A stretch of DNA of 63,805 nucleotides, counting the filler, from Octopus bimaculoides (Eukaryota), in assembly GCF_001194135.2 (NCBI RefSeq). It is 8 parts of 8 records of this genome, joined end to end, with 100 filler letters (N's around TTAATTAATTAA, not from the genome) between each part and the next. Parts side by side here need not be neighbours in the genome. Positions count along the whole stretch, not along the records: positions 1 to 12,512 come from NC_068985.1; positions 12,613 to 21,605 come from NC_068991.1; 6 more parts are not named here. One strand, 5' to 3'. The number at the start of each line of letters is the position of its first letter. Positions within the stretch are counted from its first letter, which is position 1. Shown here piece after piece: positions 1 to 14,522 of the stretch. The translations under genes and the position numbers were made by a program. A model generated the notes under the pieces. That model saw only the letters and a list, made by a program, of their open reading frames with translations. It ran no database searches and was not told the origin of the DNA.

Positions 1-42
<42 letters not shown>
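1..42. repeat. (AG)n microsatellite
   Basis: Direct dinucleotide run. Confidence 0.95.
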
Positions 43-45
<3 letters not shown>

Positions 46-376
46 TTGACAGACAGACCGACAGATACAGAGACTTCATGTACGGATTACAGTTTGGGTA
101 GTGTATCAAACGAACTTATATGTTGACTTCATTTTTACTTGGGAATGAATTCAAATAGAATAAGTGAACGTTTCATAACTCCAGCATTGCAAGCATTTTG
201 ATTGCAGTGGGTGTAATTGTTCTGGTTGAAAAGTAGAGATAATTGAGAGGCAGCTTCCCTATTACAATACAATAAACATTATGCAGGGAATACATTTTAT
301 TATTGCAATGTAACCAAAATAGCGATAAACTTCAGATAACTCTATATCTATTCACATATTAATAATATCACAAATT

Positions 377-380
<4 letters not shown>

Positions 381-444
<64 letters not shown>

Positions 445-660
445 ACACACATATACGGGTACAATAATCGTATACGCAAATAACTTTTACATTGGAGATA
501 ACAAAAATGTCTTGCATATGTAATTATACCCATACCGTGCTATAGAAAGAAAAAGAAAATATATGCAAATTCACACACACACACGCACACACACATACAC
601 ACAAGCACATGCACACACACACACACACAAACGCACGCACAGACTCACACACACCTACGC
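381..660. repeat. (CA)n and degenerate CA-rich microsatellites
   Basis: Direct runs at 381-452 and ~571-655. Confidence 0.9.
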
Positions 661-2172
661 GTCTTTATATAAGCCGATTGCAACAGATGCAGACAATAGT
701 CATACGCAGAAAATGAAACAAAGAATGCTTGTTATAAGAAAGAAGAATGTGTAATGAAACAAGCTGACATGTACAATCGAAAATAAATGAATAAATAGAC
801 AATGCTATCTTGAAATATTTTTTTCTTTTTTTTTTTGCGAACATTGTTCTAAAATGATATAATCTGCATTAACTCTCTCTGTTCTTTGCATAGTTTTTGC
901 TTTACTTTATTTCAGCTAACCTATTTCTCTCTAAATATACACATATTGTTCTTTTAAATAATTATTCTTGTTACAAAAAATAGATGTGATGCTGAAAATG
1001 CTGGCCTGAAAAAAAAGATTTTCGTTAGTAAGCGAAGAAGGAAAATTAAAGCACGAAGCCGAAATATCAGTTCTCCACCCAGAAACAAATAGTAAAAAAA
1101 AGAAGAAAGATACTAAAAAATACATATTGCGAATATAAATATTCAAACTTGAACAAAGTTTAATAGAATCTGTTGTTGAAGAAGTAAAAAAAAGTCTGAG
1201 AGAAAATTACAAATTGGTATTATCATAGAGTTATTTTCAGTTTAAGTGTGTTCCATGGAAGGACATGGAGAGATAATGACATTCGCCCATTATTTGTATT
1301 GTTCAAAGTTTCTATCATTACTAATGGAGACACATTATACACAGTGGTGTGGGAGTGAATTCGTTGGAGTATTGAATTCAAATTTAGTTTCAAGATGTTT
1401 TCCACTGCAACCTAATCTATTCATTTCCTAACAAGAGATTTCTTACACGTGATTTTACTCATTATACGCAAGGTTTCATATTATTTTAACCAAACTCGGT
1501 ATTGTTTTATAAGCATTATTTTTATTTGATTTACGTAAAAAATTGACATCAGGATAAAATTGTTGTTGCAACTGTGGGTTGTATGGGCTAAGTTAAAATA
1601 ATACAGATTTGTTTCTGGCTAACGAAGCAGAAACACATTCATATTACATGATGCTCATAATATCTTTGAATAGAAATTGTGACTTAAACAAGTTTTCCTT
1701 ATCATAAGGTATCCGAGTTTAAGTCAAACGCTGACAGGGTGACCGTCTCTATAAGAATGTTTATGATCATGAAACAAAGACGAACTTTTCATGATTAGAT
1801 TAGTCAAGCAACTGTCGCATTGAAAAAACTCCATATGATCATACAGTACAAGTCCCTTTGACTGATACTTGATCTTGGATCAATTAACCTAACATCTATG
1901 GTTTATGGTTTGCAATCCTTATAAGTAACGTATAGAAACGTTTTACTCTATAGGTAGACTTAACTAAAAAATTGTACATTTATAAATTTCCTGCTTACAT
2001 CGCGTTACATTTTACATTTATCTGTAGCTTAAAGCGGGCAATCAGTTAAATATAATGATGTATATAATATGAGTGTAATTTCACCTCTGATACTATATAT
2101 TGCCGAATATATTTATCTAGCACATTATCAGTTATATTCATGGAAACTAATTTATCCTAGTTAAGATTATTT

Positions 2173-2340
2173 GCCAACATGACATGGCAGTCCTAGGTTA
2201 GGACGAATGTTGCTGTAATTTAGCTTCAGGAGATTTCCTTGTTCGAAAGTATAAGAACATAGATGGTATCGTATAGCCAGCTGGAGATGATGTTTTGCAG
2301 TAACATTCATCTTAACCTAAGACTGCCATGTTATATTGGC
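2173..2340. mobile_element. MITE-like element with ~46-bp imperfect terminal inverted repeats
   Basis: GCCAACATGACATGGCAGTCCTAGGTTAGGACGAATGTTGCTGTAA at the left; the reverse complement of the right end is GCCAATATAACATGGCAGTCTTAGGTTAAGATGAATGTTACTGCAA. Confidence 0.6.
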
Positions 2341-2665
2341 ATCCTTTCGGGGTCGATAAATTAAGTACCAGTTACGTACTGGTGTTGATGTAATCGACTT
2401 AATCCTTTTCTCTCTCCTTGTTTGTCCCCTCTATGTTTAGCCCCATGTGGGCAATAAAGAAATAATAAAGAAATAAGAAACGTTAGCACGCCGAGCGAAA
2501 TTTATAGCGGTATTTCGTCTGTCTTTACGTTCTGAGATCAAATTCCACCTGGGTCGACATTACTTTTCTCGGGGTCGATAAATTAAATATCAGTTGCGTA
2601 CTGTGGTCGATCTCATCGACTAGCCCTCTCCCCAAAAGTTTGGGCCTTGTGCATAGAGTAAAACA
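2341..2665 (+). mobile_element. SINE family A dimer (5'-truncated monomer with tail type 1 joined to a monomer with tail type 2)
   Basis: Matches the copies at 14028, 14306 and 25968-26625 (CCTTTCGGGGTCGATAAATTAAGTACCAG; GTTAGCACGCC..GAAAT..TAGCGGTATTTCGTC). Confidence 0.85.
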
Positions 2666-5600
2666 AGATATTCTGTAGGTTCTTTATGTAAGGCTCTTGT
2701 TTGTGGTATTTGATCTCACAATTTACGGTGCCGTAAATAAATATCACCGTCCTATATTGGGAAGAAATGCTACCGTAAATATCATGTACTTTGCATTTTG
2801 TTAGAAAGAGTCGATGAGATTATCAAGTTTCAGTGTGAATATTGATACGCAGGCCCATTTGGGTGAAGAGTTGTGAGTGGAAAGATTTGGTAAACATTCC
2901 TAGATGTTTTTGTGTATTACAGTATTAAAATGCGCCGCATCAATCTGAGAGACGAGTGAGGTCGCGGCTGGTATGATGTGCAAACACGTATATACTTTCT
3001 TTTGCAGATGATAAACATCCGGGGAACAGTAAAAAATATATGAGAATTTTAGATTTTAATTTTCTTAACGATTATATGTTTCACATCGGGTCAGCATTAC
3101 ACCATATCTTTCGTTTGCTACATGCTAGCAGATGCACTTTACTGTTATACGCAAGAATTCATATTATTGCATGGCATCAGCTTTTGAATGTGTTGGAATA
3201 ATCAATTAAAACAGATTTCACAGCCGTAAAGTGTAACGGTAATGATTAGAACTCAGGAGGAAAGTATAATAACATATTGATCAAGTTTCTAAACGAAATT
3301 AATAACAACTTTCTTTAATAATTTAAAATCCTATTGAGAATTCCTTAAACTACTTTTTCAGCTCATTTGATGTTGAGATAATACAAGAGGATTGGGCATT
3401 TATATAACATCTAATATATCATTGATTTGTATGATTCATTTCGGAATAACTTTAGTACAATTTAATACCAGTGGTTATTCAAATGCCCAAAGTTATGCCC
3501 ATAAGCATTTGAGGAAAATAATACTGTCTTCTCTCAGGGAAATTCAAAGTGAAATTTCATTTGCGATGAATAATGTAAAGATCACTCGGAAGAGTTAAAG
3601 ATAATAATACCAGTCTCAACTTTTCAAAGATAAACAAAATGCATTGATTAATTAGAAAATAGGTATTTGGAATGCATTCTATCATAATTTCGTATAGGGA
3701 AATAAAAATAACATTTACTCATTGGATTTCAGAATTCACTTGACCTACTGTGATGAATAAAGATCGGAGATTACAGCCAAATCATCTTGTGTTGGATAAC
3801 ACATAATGATCTGAAAAAAGAACTGTTAATACATGTCCTGAAGCATAATCGTTTACGAGATTCAAATCCTTCCAGTTCCTACAGTGTTATGTGACTTTGT
3901 GAAATGTTGGTCCAATTCAAGTACGTATTTTTCTGATTTATGATACTTTGTGTTGAAGTAAATCTATCATTTTATTATGTAAAGAATTTTCACAAAAGAA
4001 CTGATCACGTGGCATCGCTTTAAACGTTCTTTCTACACATAACACAGCAGGCAGAGAAACGGTTTCGGCAATTATTAATTGCAAAGAATCATATACTGAA
4101 TTATATTAACTGCTGTCAATATTCATATAATAGAATTATGGCGTTACATCATAGTTAGGTGTCATTTTATTAAAGGAAGATGATGAGAATAATTCTGAAG
4201 TTGTGATATATAGATATAACTAACATTTTACCATTTAGAAATATGTGTTACTTTTCTTCCTCACTCTGAACACCTTTCCTGGTTACAATTGTCATGTATG
4301 AATGTCATTCTATCTTCCGGGCGTTTTGCTAATTCTACTCAAGTAAATATGAAATAAAAATATATAACGTTTTTATTTCACAGCGATATTCTTTTGCTCT
4401 ACACGTAATATATGTACGATATTGTTATCTCCTCGATAAGTAAAGTAAATTGCAATAAAACTGATTTTATTAAAATATTTTTCTTTAAAAAATGCAAATT
4501 TTAATAATATTTTATAAATAAAGGGTTATAATTTGTTTCTGTTATTGAAATGTTTCATAACATTTCCCCAAAACGTAATCTTACTACATATACACTTTAG
4601 AGGTTTTTGGTAATACACATACATTCCGTATGTAAAAGAACGTTAATAAGACGAGGTTTATCGAGCACGGCTGATTGGATATCCAAATTCCCCTAATGTG
4701 AAGCCACATTATATGTATAGTAACTTTTTTCGTTAGTACATCGTGTGTGAGGCAATGGTTTCAAATATTAAGAATTTGTTGCGAGGTGTTGTCCAGATTC
4801 GCAGCACCTCGCTTGGATTTGTAGCCATGTCACAGAACCTAGTCATATAGTCATAAAAATATGGCCAGCCCTGTAAAACAACAGAACACTAACGTAAAAA
4901 TTCATTGACCAATCAAAATTTTCTGACATGAAACATCAAATGCAGGTTATGTAAATTTCAAACCAATTGTCAATTCGAAGATTTAGGTATTTTTGTCCAG
5001 CATTATATAAACTGACAAACAGAACACCTTACTGGAAGCAAATCAGAATTAATGCGAAACTTTGTCATTTTACACACTGTTACTTCTTGCCTGAACTTTC
5101 CACTCCTTGTTCAAAGATCTAAGATTATATCGTCACCAAAGATTAATTTATCATTGTGTTTTGATTCTGACATCGGCATGTCTATCTCATTATCCACTCT
5201 ATTTTCTTTTATTTCTATAATAATATAGAACACATGTAGCGTAACAAATTTAGCGAGATCATTCACCATCGTTTCCTTGTCATAAGCTTACATTCAGAAA
5301 CGCAGAAACATTATTTGAGCATTATATAAATACTCATTTGTGTTTATATGTAAGATGTAAACGATCAAATATAATAAATATATGGAAATGCATATTCATT
5401 TGGAAGTTACTTCTAGTCAAACTACAGAGAAATTTGTTATTGCTTCATGGCCAAGTAATAGTACTAAACTTTCAGCTTTGCAATTTATTAAACACCCCAC
5501 ACACTTACATGCACACACACAGTCAGACACACACAGAGAGACACGTGTATGTATATATANNNNNNNNNNNNNNNNNNNNNNNNNNNNNNNNNNNNNNNNN

Positions 5601-6538
5601 NNNNNNNNNNNNNNNNNNNNNNNNNNNNNNNNNNNNNNNNNNNNNNNNNNNNNNNNNNNNNNNNNNNNNNNNNNNNNNNNNNNNNNNNNNNNNNNNNNNN
5701 NNNNNNNNNNNNNNNNNNNNNNNNNNNNNNNNNNNNNNNNNNNNNNNNNNNNNNNNNNNNNNNNNNNNNNNNNNNNNNNNNNNNNNNNNNNNNNNNNNNN
5801 NNNNNNNNNNNNNNNNNNNNNNNNNNNNNNNNNNNNNNNNNNNNNNNNNNNNNNNNNNNNNNNNNNNNNNNNNNNNNNNNNNNNNNNNNNNNNNNNNNNN
5901 NNNNNNNNNNNNNNNNNNNNNNNNNNNNNNNNNNNNNNNNNNNNNNNNNNNNNNNNNNNNNNNNNNNNNNNNNNNNNNNNNNNNNNNNNNNNNNNNNNNN
6001 NNNNNNNNNNNNNNNNNNNNNNNNNNNNNNNNNNNNNNNNNNNNNNNNNNNNNNNNNNNNNNNNNNNNNNNNNNNNNNNNNNNNNNNNNNNNNNNNNNNN
6101 NNNNNNNNNNNNNNNNNNNNNNNNNNNNNNNNNNNNNNNNNNNNNNNNNNNNNNNNNNNNNNNNNNNNNNNNNNNNNNNNNNNNNNNNNNNNNNNNNNNN
6201 NATATATATAAAGTATATATTTAATATATATATACATATATATGCATGTATGTATGTATGCATGTATGTATGTATGTGTGTGTGTATGTGTGTGTATGTG
6301 TTTGTATGTGTTTGTATGTATGTATGTTTGTATGTCTGTGTGTGTATAGTTGAAATTTATAGAAAAACAAGACAAAGGCAGGTGTATGTACACCAAGCAA
6401 GTGTATTAGTTTGATGTTCTGGGAAAAGGAAAAGTCTCTTATGTTACCAGCCTACGCTTTTCAACAGAAAGGAATGTGATACAACAAAAACTAGAGAGGG
6501 AAGGAAAAAACTTCTAGAATACAGCGGTCTATCATATA

Positions 6539-7212
6539 TACAGCGTTGGCCAAATGTATTGGGCTACCCAATGTTTTGTGGTTTTGCTATTTCAATGTTA
6601 ATGAAAATCGTATACGTGCTAGAATGTGGTATATTTCACAATATTCATTAGTTTTAATATCTGGTCGATCCTCATTTAGAATCAGTTACTGCTTTTATAC
6701 GGTAAGTCGTTAAATCAACTAGATGCTTGCAGGTGCTAGGCACAATTTTACTCCATTCTTCTCTCAACTTTTGGAACAAATCCTCTTTATTTTTAATTGT
6801 TATGTACCTGATAGCTTCACCAAGAGTCCTCATAGGCATTCGATTGAATTTAGATCGGGAATTTGAGCTGGCCAGTCCATGGAAACAATACCCTGTGTCT
6901 CAGAACATCGATGATTATTCTTTGCTGTATGACATGAAGCGCTGTCCTCTTGAAAGATAACACTGCTTTTCGATATCCCTGGAAGCAATTTAGCAATTGA
7001 TGGCTCTAAAACATCCGATAACATAGAAACACAGGTAGCTGAATTCATCCTTCCCTGACATAAAAACATTTCTCCGGTCCCTATGGTAGACATGCAGGCC
7101 CACACCATGATAAAACCACCCCCATGTTTTACGGTTGGTACCAGATATTCAGCCTTAAATGTTTCCCATCTCTGCGATGCACAAAAGGTGCACCAGATGT
7201 ACCGAACACCTG
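6539..7212 (-). mobile_element. Tc1-like DNA transposon remnant (DDE transposase C-terminal half plus one TIR)
   Basis: With one frameshift, reads VFGTSGAPFVHRRDG..PTVKHGGGFIMVWACM..G.MN..VIFQEDSASCHTAK..DWPAQIPDLNSIE, matching Tc1 motifs TVKHGGG-MVWGC, FQQDNAPCH and WPxQSPDLNPIE. TA|CAGCGTTGGCCAAATGTATTGGG at 6539 is TIR-like. Confidence 0.9.
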
Positions 7213-7724
7213 AGTAATAACATTAAAATATATTTATGTTGGATACGTTTTCATATATTTTGCGCAACAAACCTGTTACATTAAGTTCATATGTTGATTG
7301 AATAAGTCCAGCCTCAGATTGCCAAATAATACCACCTCTTCGAAAATGGGCCAGTTCTACTGAATTTCTTTGTGCGTGACATGGTTACCCTTTGCAAATG
7401 TTTAATATAATGCCGCCTGGAATGAAAAAGAATAATTACATTGTAAATTCTACACTGCTGTAAATATATTAAGACGCTTAGATCAGAAATTTTGAAAATT
7501 ATATGTATCTATTTATTTCCTGCATGTCTGTATANNNNNNNNNNNNNNNNNNNNNNNNNNNNNNNNNNNNNNNNNNNNNNNNNNNNNNNNNNNNNNNNNN
7601 NNNNNNNNNNNNNNNNNNNNNNNNNNNNNNNNNNNNNNNNNNNNNNNNNNNNNNNNNNNNNNNNNNNNNNNNNNNNNNNNNNNNNNNNNNNNNNNNNNNN
7701 NNTATATATATATATATCAGAGAA

Positions 7725-7769
<45 letters not shown>

Positions 7770-8992
7770 TAGAGAGAAAGAGAGAGAGAGGCAGTGTGTA
7801 TGAGAGAGAGAGAGAGAAAGAGAGAGATGTATTTAAATATATTTATGCATGTGTAAGTCTTTCTCTGTATCTATATGCATATATTCTTGTTCCACAGTTC
7901 CATATTGCCACATCGATTCAATTGACCCAACAGGAAATTCATCGCCTCTGCTTCTACGATGACATTTTTTAACTTCATTGTATTTTAACTGTTCTGTATG
8001 GTCTTAATTTTTAAATCATATTCTATTCCTTGTACGAGATATGTATCCAATTATTTTATAGCTCATGTTTTCACTGACTCTCCTGCATTTTTTGATATCT
8101 CTGTATTATGGAATATAACTATCTTTCTCAATTAATTCAAGATGACTCTTCTCCTTCGCAAACATATTTAATAACTCCTTAAATTCTCGTTGAAAATGGT
8201 ACCATAAATGTACTCTTTTCCTTTCAAATAACTAGAAAATACTCTACTTTTATTGTACAAATGGTTCATAGAGTGTATGAGCAAATAATCCTGAAAGAAA
8301 TCATAAACATCCCGTATCATATTATCCAGCGCTTTTAGGCTTGTCTTCTAGCTCACACTATATATACGTATATGGAGGTAATATTTTTATATTGTGTAAT
8401 ATGTTCTTATTTCATAATAGTTTCATATTGTGCGTTTATTTGCTCAACAGAATGGAATTAGTAAAAAAGTAATGGACGAGCCGAAATCCGTATTTAGATT
8501 TGCGATATCTTACATGCATACATACATTCTGGAAATTTATACATTTAATTGAGCCAAACGAAAATAAACAAGTGGTATCTAGTGAATATATCACTGCACT
8601 GAATAATGAGAAGCACATTTTCCTAGGAATAATATTACAGATAAATTACTCCAACAGAAATCTGCTGCTTTTCACAATACATTCCAAAATAGCTACAAGG
8701 CATAACATTTTGAGGAATGCGAATAGATCGTTCCCATCGACCTTATTGCTCAAGTAGAAATTTTTCATCAAATCCAAAGGATAAAATAGAAATTAGACGA
8801 GTGTGGAATATGAAGAAGTCAGAAGTTAACCAATGGGAATAAATGCTGCAAAGCATTTTTCAGTCCAGCTACAGGTTGTGTTTGTCACCTAGTCGCCTTC
8901 TAAAGGTCTATCTTTACTGAGAAGGAAAAACAAACTTATGCTCGAAGCATTTCGTAGAAACTGTGGTACAATTGAAATCTCGTATATTAAGT

Positions 8993-9130
8993 ACTAGCAG
9001 AGATACCCGGCGTTACCCGTGTTACATACAATGGAAGAATTCGACTTTTATGTTATATTTTCTTTAATGAACTGGAATATCTATGATTCGAATTTCATCA
9101 AAATTGCAGATAACGGTTCTTTACCTCTTT
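8993..9130 (+). mobile_element. Possible non-autonomous Helitron/Helentron-like terminus
   Basis: TACTAGCAGAGATACCCGGCGTTACCCG followed by AATTTCATCAAAAT resembles invertebrate non-autonomous rolling-circle element ends (pattern recall only). Confidence 0.35.
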
Positions 9131-10306
9131 ACACACCCTAAAAAAATTCTAATCATGACACATGTATCCCATACTACTGATATTTTTGCGCAAATGCCAA
9201 AATTCCAGTCATATGGAACCTGTTAAAAGGATTTTTGTCCTGAAAAATGGAGGTCAGGGAGCTCTAAAATGTGTGAATTAAGGCCCCTATTGGTGGTGTG
9301 TGTCTTAATGTCAACCAGAAAAGTTGAATTCTTGAGAATCTTTTTGACTTCGGTCTTATATCTATTGTTTGAATTTCTTTGAAATAGGAAATATATGTAT
9401 GTTTACTGTGTTTGTAAAAGAGGAAAAAATGCTACAGGAAACAAAAAGACGAATGATCACAATAAGCAGTCAGCTACGCTACCATAGTCATCACTACTCA
9501 TCAATGTAGAATTCCTGATCATACAGGTGACAGGCACAGCCGTAAGATGCATTACGGACCTATAGCAATTGGAAGGGCGTGACCCAAATCAAATAAACAT
9601 TAACAACTATGTGACATGAGGGCTAAGGGGAAATGAAAGTGTCACCTCTGGAGTTTGCAACTATACATATATATATATATATATATATATANNNNNNNNN
9701 NNNNNNNNNNNNNNNNNNNNNNNNNNNNNNNNNNNNNNNNNNNNNNNNNNNNNNNNNNNNNNNNNNNNNNNNNNNNNNNNNNNNNNNNNNNNNNNNNNNN
9801 NNNNNNNNNNNNNNNNNNNNNNNNNNNNNNNNNNNNNNNNNNNNNNNNNNNNNNNNNNNNNNNNNNNNNNNNNNNNNNNNNNNNNNNNNNNNNNNNNNNN
9901 NNNNNNNNNNNNNNNNNNNNNNNNNNNNNNNNNNNNNNNNNNNNNNNNNNNNNNNNNNNNNNNNNNNNNNNNNNNNNNNNNNNNNNNNNNNNNNNNNNNN
10001 NNNNNNNNNNNNNNNNNNNNNNNNNNNNNNNNNNNNNNNNNNNNNNNNNNNNNNNNNNNNNNNNNNNNNNNNNNNNNNNNNNNNNNNNNNNNNNNNNNNN
10101 NNNNNNNNNNNNNNNNNNNNNNNNNNNNNNNNNNNNNNNNNNNNNNNNNNNNNNNNNNNNNNNNNNNNNNNNNNNNNNNNNNNNNNNNNNNNNNNNNNNN
10201 NNNNNNNNNNNNNNNNNNNNNNNNNNNNNNNNNNNNNNNNNNNNNNNNNNNNNNNNNNNNNNNNNNNNNNNNNNNNNNNNNNNNNNNNNNNNNNNNNNNN
10301 NNNNNN

Positions 10307-10344
<38 letters not shown>

Positions 10345-12612
10345 GTGTGTGTGTGTGCTTGTGTATGTGCGTGTGGCTGCGAGTGTATGTGTGTTGTTCG
10401 TGTATTTTTGTGAGTGGTAGGTTTTTGCATTTTACTATTTAAAACTGAAACAGATGCTACCAGTAATAAAGACTCCTTGATAAGAAACTTTATCATGTTT
10501 GCATATTTTACTTAAATGATAGAGAAACATTAGTTTCTATATTCGATCAATCTCTACGTTTACTCTGAAATATGACATAAAATATCTTTAGATATTTATC
10601 TTTTTTCCTGAAGGAGTTACCTTTAAAATAAACTTTATTGAAAGCTTTAGTAATTACCTTTATTGTGTTTTGTCTATTCCAGTGTAAATAATGTTACAGC
10701 AGGTTTATGAGCAAACCTGTATGAGCCTCGCTCTACGAGCTTTCATACATTATCATATAATTATATTTACGTGTGCATTACGTACTTTGAAAGAATTCGG
10801 ATACTGTTTGTAGAATATGTGGATCTAAATTCTTTAGTCATGCTGCTACGGTAGTTGTGTGTAAAGTACTGTACTTGATCGACATTTGAATCTATCGTAT
10901 CTGCATCAAGAAAGCAGTTGATTTATTGTTAGGAAAGAAGTTTACGTTACATGTTATTGGAAGAGCATTACTTTGCATGCATCAGCCTATAATCTTTCCA
11001 TTAAATCTAGCGTACATTCAAATGACATCACTTCAAAAATATATTCTACGTATTATACATTATATGTACTTACGGCAACAAATATACAGATTAAGCGCCA
11101 AACATTTTGGCAAAGACTTAAATTTATTTAACGTTTATTCAAGCAATGAATTAATATTTGATATGTGGATGGGAAATGTTTATGCAAATAAAGGCGAGTT
11201 TCTGAAGAGTTTTTGTTTGGCAGTGAGTCGGATACAATTTTGGATATTTGGCTGTTGGCTTTGAATATGATGGTAAATCTCATTAATGGTAACATCGCGA
11301 TGCAAAGTTTTGACATCTCCTGAAAATATTACGGGAGATATATTTACTGGAAGATGTCCTCTGGCTGTTTAAATATTGTTCGAAGCTTGCTATTTAACGG
11401 AAAGGTTAGCTAAGAAGAAAGTCCTGCTATTTTCATAAATATGATAAACATGTATAGTTGTACATTTTCTAGAATGAACTTACTTTCCACTCGCATACTG
11501 AATACATGAAATCCTTATACGAGTAATAATGGTATTTATATATTTATTTATTTATTTATTTATGGGTTTCAGCCAAGTGGCTGCGGTCATGCTGCTGCAC
11601 CATTCAGCGGATATGTATATTTACACAAACATATATCTATACAGGAGTGAAAAAGACGTGTTTTGTTTCAATTTTTATGAAATTTATGCGCAAATAGTCC
11701 GCGTAATTGATATTATGTATTTGACGCATTCGTTTCTCTTGTTTCAGCTACTTTATCTTTATTTTCAGAATGGTTGCGACTAAAAGAAAGTTCTTAACTA
11801 ATTATTCATGGATATTATATTCCTCTTTCCAAAGAAAACAGGAAACTGACATATATTTGTGTGTCACGCATTGTGTATTTCTATCTTTCTGCTTATATAT
11901 TGTTGCATGCGCACGCAGGCACACGTGCGTGTGTGTATGTGCGTGTGTTTTTGTCTGTGTGTGAGTATGTGTGTGTATGTGTGTGTGTGTGGGGGTATGT
12001 ATCTATTCACGTGAACTTACTCTTTTGCTTATAGCAAATTTCATAATTAGAAACACACGCTCACATTACTTAATAATAGTCAATTATCACTGTGTTCTGC
12101 ACAAAGTAATAAATATGATAAATATGCTAATATGTTCAAATGGAGAGAATTTTAAAGTTTAAATGTATACTTATAATCAAGCATTTTATAATATAGTTAG
12201 TTTAATGATATATTGTATTTATATGGGACGCACAGACACTAATGACCTCATGTCGGAGGATGTGATATCCTGCAATAACTGTAAGTTTCTACAAAAACAA
12301 TGGTATCGACACAGGTTACGTCAATAAAGAACAATGAAAAGAGCTTTCTGATCAGTACACATCAACACTTAGTACGGTTTGAACTCACATAGACGACAAG
12401 CTGTGTGAACATCGTACGAGTTTGTTGTGAAATTCCCAGGAAGTACTAAACTACAGAATATTAACATCCAGCCAGATAATTGCAGATATATATATATATA
12501 TATATATATATANNNNNNNNNNNNNNNNNNNNNNNNNNNNNNNNNNNNNNNNNNNNTTAATTAATTAANNNNNNNNNNNNNNNNNNNNNNNNNNNNNNNN
12601 NNNNNNNNNNNN

Positions 12613-12658
<46 letters not shown>

Positions 12659-12842
12659 GTTGCTGCTACTACTACTATTACTGTTACCACAAGTACTGTT
12701 ACTACTACTACTACTATTAGTACTACTACTACTACTGCTGCTACTATTACTACTACTACTACCACTACTACTACTACCACTGTTACTACTGTTGCTGCTG
12801 CTACTACTATTGCTACCACAAGTACTGTTGCTGCTGCTGCTG

Positions 12843-12888
<46 letters not shown>

Positions 12889-13393
12889 AATGAAAGCCAC
12901 CGCCAATCCCGTTACCAATATCATCTTCTTCGCCGTATCCGCCATCAAAAAACCCGTCACCACCGCCACCATCACCCGTCTCAACACAGTTACCGACACC
13001 CACCACCATCACCACTGACCTCACCACTACACCACTACCGCCACCCCATTCACCACCGTTCCCACTATATTCACCACCACCACCATCACCGCCAGTTTCA
13101 ACAATGCGGATACCATCAACACCAACGTCACCCCCCCCCACACACACACACACACCGTCACCATCACTGTCGACTCGACCCTCCTCCTCCTTCAATTTNN
13201 NNNNNNNNNNNNNNNNNNNNNNNNNNNNNNNNNNNNNNNNNNNNNNNNNNNNNNNNNNNNNNNNNNNNNNNNNNNNNNNNNNNNNNNNNNNNNNNNNNNN
13301 NNNNNNNNNNNNNNNNNNNNNNNNNNNNNNNNNNNNNNNNNNNNNNNNNNNNNNNNNNNNNNNNNNNNNNNNNNNNNNNNNNNNNNNNNCCAA

Positions 13394-13431
<38 letters not shown>

Positions 13432-13444
13432 CCACCACCACCAA

Positions 13445-13482
<38 letters not shown>

Positions 13483-13960
13483 CCAACACCACCAACATCA
13501 TCACCACCACCAACATCATCATCATCATCGTCGTCATCATCATCATCATCATCATCACCACCACCACCACCACCACCCGCAACACCGTTACCATCACCAC
13601 GGTCATGATCATCATCATCACCATCAGCACCAATTCCACCCTCAGCAGCAACGCCATCACAACCAACACTACCATCATCATTATCATTATCATCATCATC
13701 GTGAACACCACCACCACCGCCACCACCAATATCACCATAACCACCACGACCATCACCACCACCACCAACAACAACAACAACAACAACAGCAAGCAGTATC
13801 CTAGCCATCATCACTAACACCACTACGAACACCACGACATCAGCATCACCATCATCATATGATAGACTAATGCCATGACCACCTCCAACGACATCTTCAC
13901 CGCCACCACCACCACCATCATCGCCTTCAACGACTCTACCATTCACAACCAATGCAATAT
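12613..13960. repeat. Compound trinucleotide low-complexity tract: (TAC)n, (TGC)n, (CAC)n, (CAT)n, (CAA)n
   Basis: Direct; it explains the poly-Ser/Gly/Asp/Val ORFs in the track. Confidence 0.9.
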
Positions 13961-14027
13961 GGCGGTGTGCTAGTATAATGTAGCGATTGAAAAGGTGGTT
14001 TGAATGTGGTAGAAAAATGGTGGCTGT

Positions 14028-14255
14028 AAGGCGGGGAGCTGGCAGAACCGTTAGCACGCCGGGCAAAATGCTTTGCGGTATTTCGTGTCTTTAGGTTCTG
14101 TGTTCAAATTCAGCCGAGGTCGACTTTGCCCTTCACCTTTTCGGGGTCGATAAATCAAGTACCAGTTGCGTACTGGGGTCGATCTAATTGACTGGTCCAC
14201 TCCCACGAAATTTCAGGCCTTGTGCCTAGAATAGAAAAGATTATTATTATTATCA

Positions 14256-14292
<37 letters not shown>

Positions 14293-14305
14293 CATTGTTA
14301 TTATT
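14028..14305 (+). mobile_element. SINE family A (tRNA-derived) with (TTA)n tail
   Basis: AGGCGGGGAGCTGGCAGAACCGTTAGC head, B-box-like GTTCAAATTC, ending GGCCTTGTGCCTAGAATAGAAAAGA then (TTA)n. Confidence 0.9.
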
Positions 14306-14522
14306 AGGCGGCGAGCTGGCTGAATCGTTAGAACGCCGGGCAAAATGCTTTGCGGTATTTCATCTAACGCTTCGTTCTGAGTTCAAATTCCGCTGAGGTA
14401 GACTTTGCCTTTTTTCCTTTCGGGGTAAATAAAATTAGTACCAGTTGAACACTGGGCGCCGATGTAATCGACTTGCACCCGCCCCTTAAACTGCTGGCCT
14501 TGTGCCAAAATTTGAAACCAAT
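14306..14522 (+). mobile_element. SINE family A copy, tandem after the previous copy
   Basis: AGGCGGCGAGCTGGCTGAATCGTTAG...GAGTTCAAATTCCGC...GGCCTTGTGCC. Confidence 0.9.

Noticed and set aside
960-1430. Protein-like decayed frames, including GHGEIMTF resembling an integrase zinc-binding motif
   Set aside because: Multiple stops and no second supporting motif; it needs tBLASTx.
2803-2876. Candidate small exons with AG/GT consensus (here, and near 12235-12280 and 20285-20320)
   Set aside because: They are short, show no recognisable homology, and are expected by chance in 64 kb.
4650-4800. Possible mariner/IS630-like WP.NSPD..P remnant
   Set aside because: The similarity needs frameshifts and several substitutions, and no TIR was found.
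5338-6414. Long ORFs spanning N runs (also at 9.6, 16.7, 20.3, 23.6, 25.2, 40.1, 43.7 and 61.2 kb)
   Set aside because: They stay open only because of Ns and dinucleotide repeats.
12557-12568. TTAATTAATTAA centred in 100-base gaps (also 21650, 28627, 48914, 54216, 58212, 62613)
   Set aside because: The same 12-mer sits between 44-N runs each time; it is a scaffolding placeholder, not biology.
12557-14066. Long Ser/Gly/Asp/Val/Met-rich ORFs
   Set aside because: They are translations of trinucleotide low-complexity DNA read through N gaps, with no domain signal.
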